Below are positions 63,468 through 64,000 of a DNA stretch of 64,000 bases, piece after piece (within the stretch, counting starts at the first letter, position 1; every line of letters begins with the position of its first letter). Where the stretch lies: positions 96,001-160,000 of the forward strand of contig CAVYNH010000005.1 of NCBI GenBank assembly GCA_963769885.1, written 5' to 3'. The notes under the pieces are model-generated. The model was not told the DNA's origin, searched no databases, and worked only from the letters and a program-made list of their open reading frames with translations. The stretch is from Methanobacteriota archaeon. Lineage in GTDB: Archaea; Thermoplasmatota; E2; DHVEG-1. A program made the position numbers and the translations under genes.

Positions 63468-64000
63468 ATGGAACGCAAGAACATGGAAAGGCTCATCGGA
63501 AACTATTGCAAAATCGTAACTAAAGAACCCGGAGACAACCGCGCCAGCGTCATCACCGGCTATGTCGAGGATGTCGACTACAAAAACGGGTTTATCCTCG
63601 TCAACTCAGCCCAAGGACTCGGGTGTCTACGCATCAACACCGTCGTCGCTATAAAACCTGGGACGATGCGACCGGATAAAAAGAAAATTTTCATCAATTC
63701 ACAGGCCGAGGTCGGCATCGGCACCCTGATTGTCTTCATCGCCTTAGTCCTAGTCGCAGCCATTGCTGCGAGCGTTATAATGCAGACTGCAGAAACCCTT
63801 CAACAACGGGCGTACGCGGTCGGAAAACAAACTATCCGGGACGTCTCTAGCGGAATCCGAATCATCGGCGTCACCGGATACACGGACACTAACAAGACCA
63901 AGATCGATTACCTTGCCATCGCCATTACTCCCCGCGCCGGATCCTACGATATCGATCTGAATAAGACCCTCCTCTACCTCCAACTCGACAACTTCACCAT
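63468..64000 (+). CDS. arlB: Second archaellin with 80-residue N-terminal leader, truncated by window edge
   Basis: Not in the ORF track. Manual translation: MERKNMERLIGNYCKIVTKEPG...NSQA|EVGIGTLIVFIALVLVAAIAASVI. Same RBS as the first copy. Confidence 0.93.
   Translation, partial: MERKNMERLIGNYCKIVTKEPGDNRASVITGYVEDVDYKNGFILVNSAQGLGCLRINTVVAIKPGTMRPDKKKIFINSQAEVGIGTLIVFIALVLVAAIAASVIMQTAETLQQRAYAVGKQTIRDVSSGIRIIGVTGYTDTNKTKIDYLAIAITPRAGSYDIDLNKTLLYLQLDNFT

Noticed and set aside
1-64000. CRISPR arrays, IS elements, rRNA genes
   Set aside because: No regularly spaced direct repeats, transposase motifs or rRNA-like sequence were seen. The only long repeat noticed is the archaellin paralog pair.

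Overview
Archaeal chromosomal DNA, most likely Thermoplasmatota of the DHVEG-1/MBG-D type. This is inferred from CarS, eL40, Cbf5, archaeal Adk/Cmk, DUF1628 pilins, archaellins and two secreted gingipain-like C25 peptidases. No CRISPR array, rRNA or recognisable mobile element was seen. The left end carries a type IV pilus set: a FlaI/VirB11-like ATPase running off the edge, a charged partner protein, two pilins and a prepilin peptidase. The middle is mostly housekeeping: dnaJ, hsp20, asnA, carAB, XPD, RNA-modification genes, tRNA-Ala, uL15-secY-adk-DUF106-cmk-cbf5, tRNA-Ser, two ABC exporter pairs, eL40, proS and trmJ. The right end (about 51.7-64 kb) is the most unusual part. An extended signal peptidase I, a CdvA-like PRC-barrel/coiled-coil protein and a 2325-aa coiled coil with three PAS domains but no output domain lie next to a divergent archaellin-like gene. 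Two tandem archaellins follow, whose class III signal peptides are about 80 residues long and contain a conserved Sm/LSm-like domain. Other notable features are a saw-tooth A+C versus G+T strand skew that is partly independent of gene direction, a structured leader before uL15, and apparent single-base frameshifts in xpd and cmk (possibly also trmJ). All family calls come from motif recognition by eye; no database searches were run.
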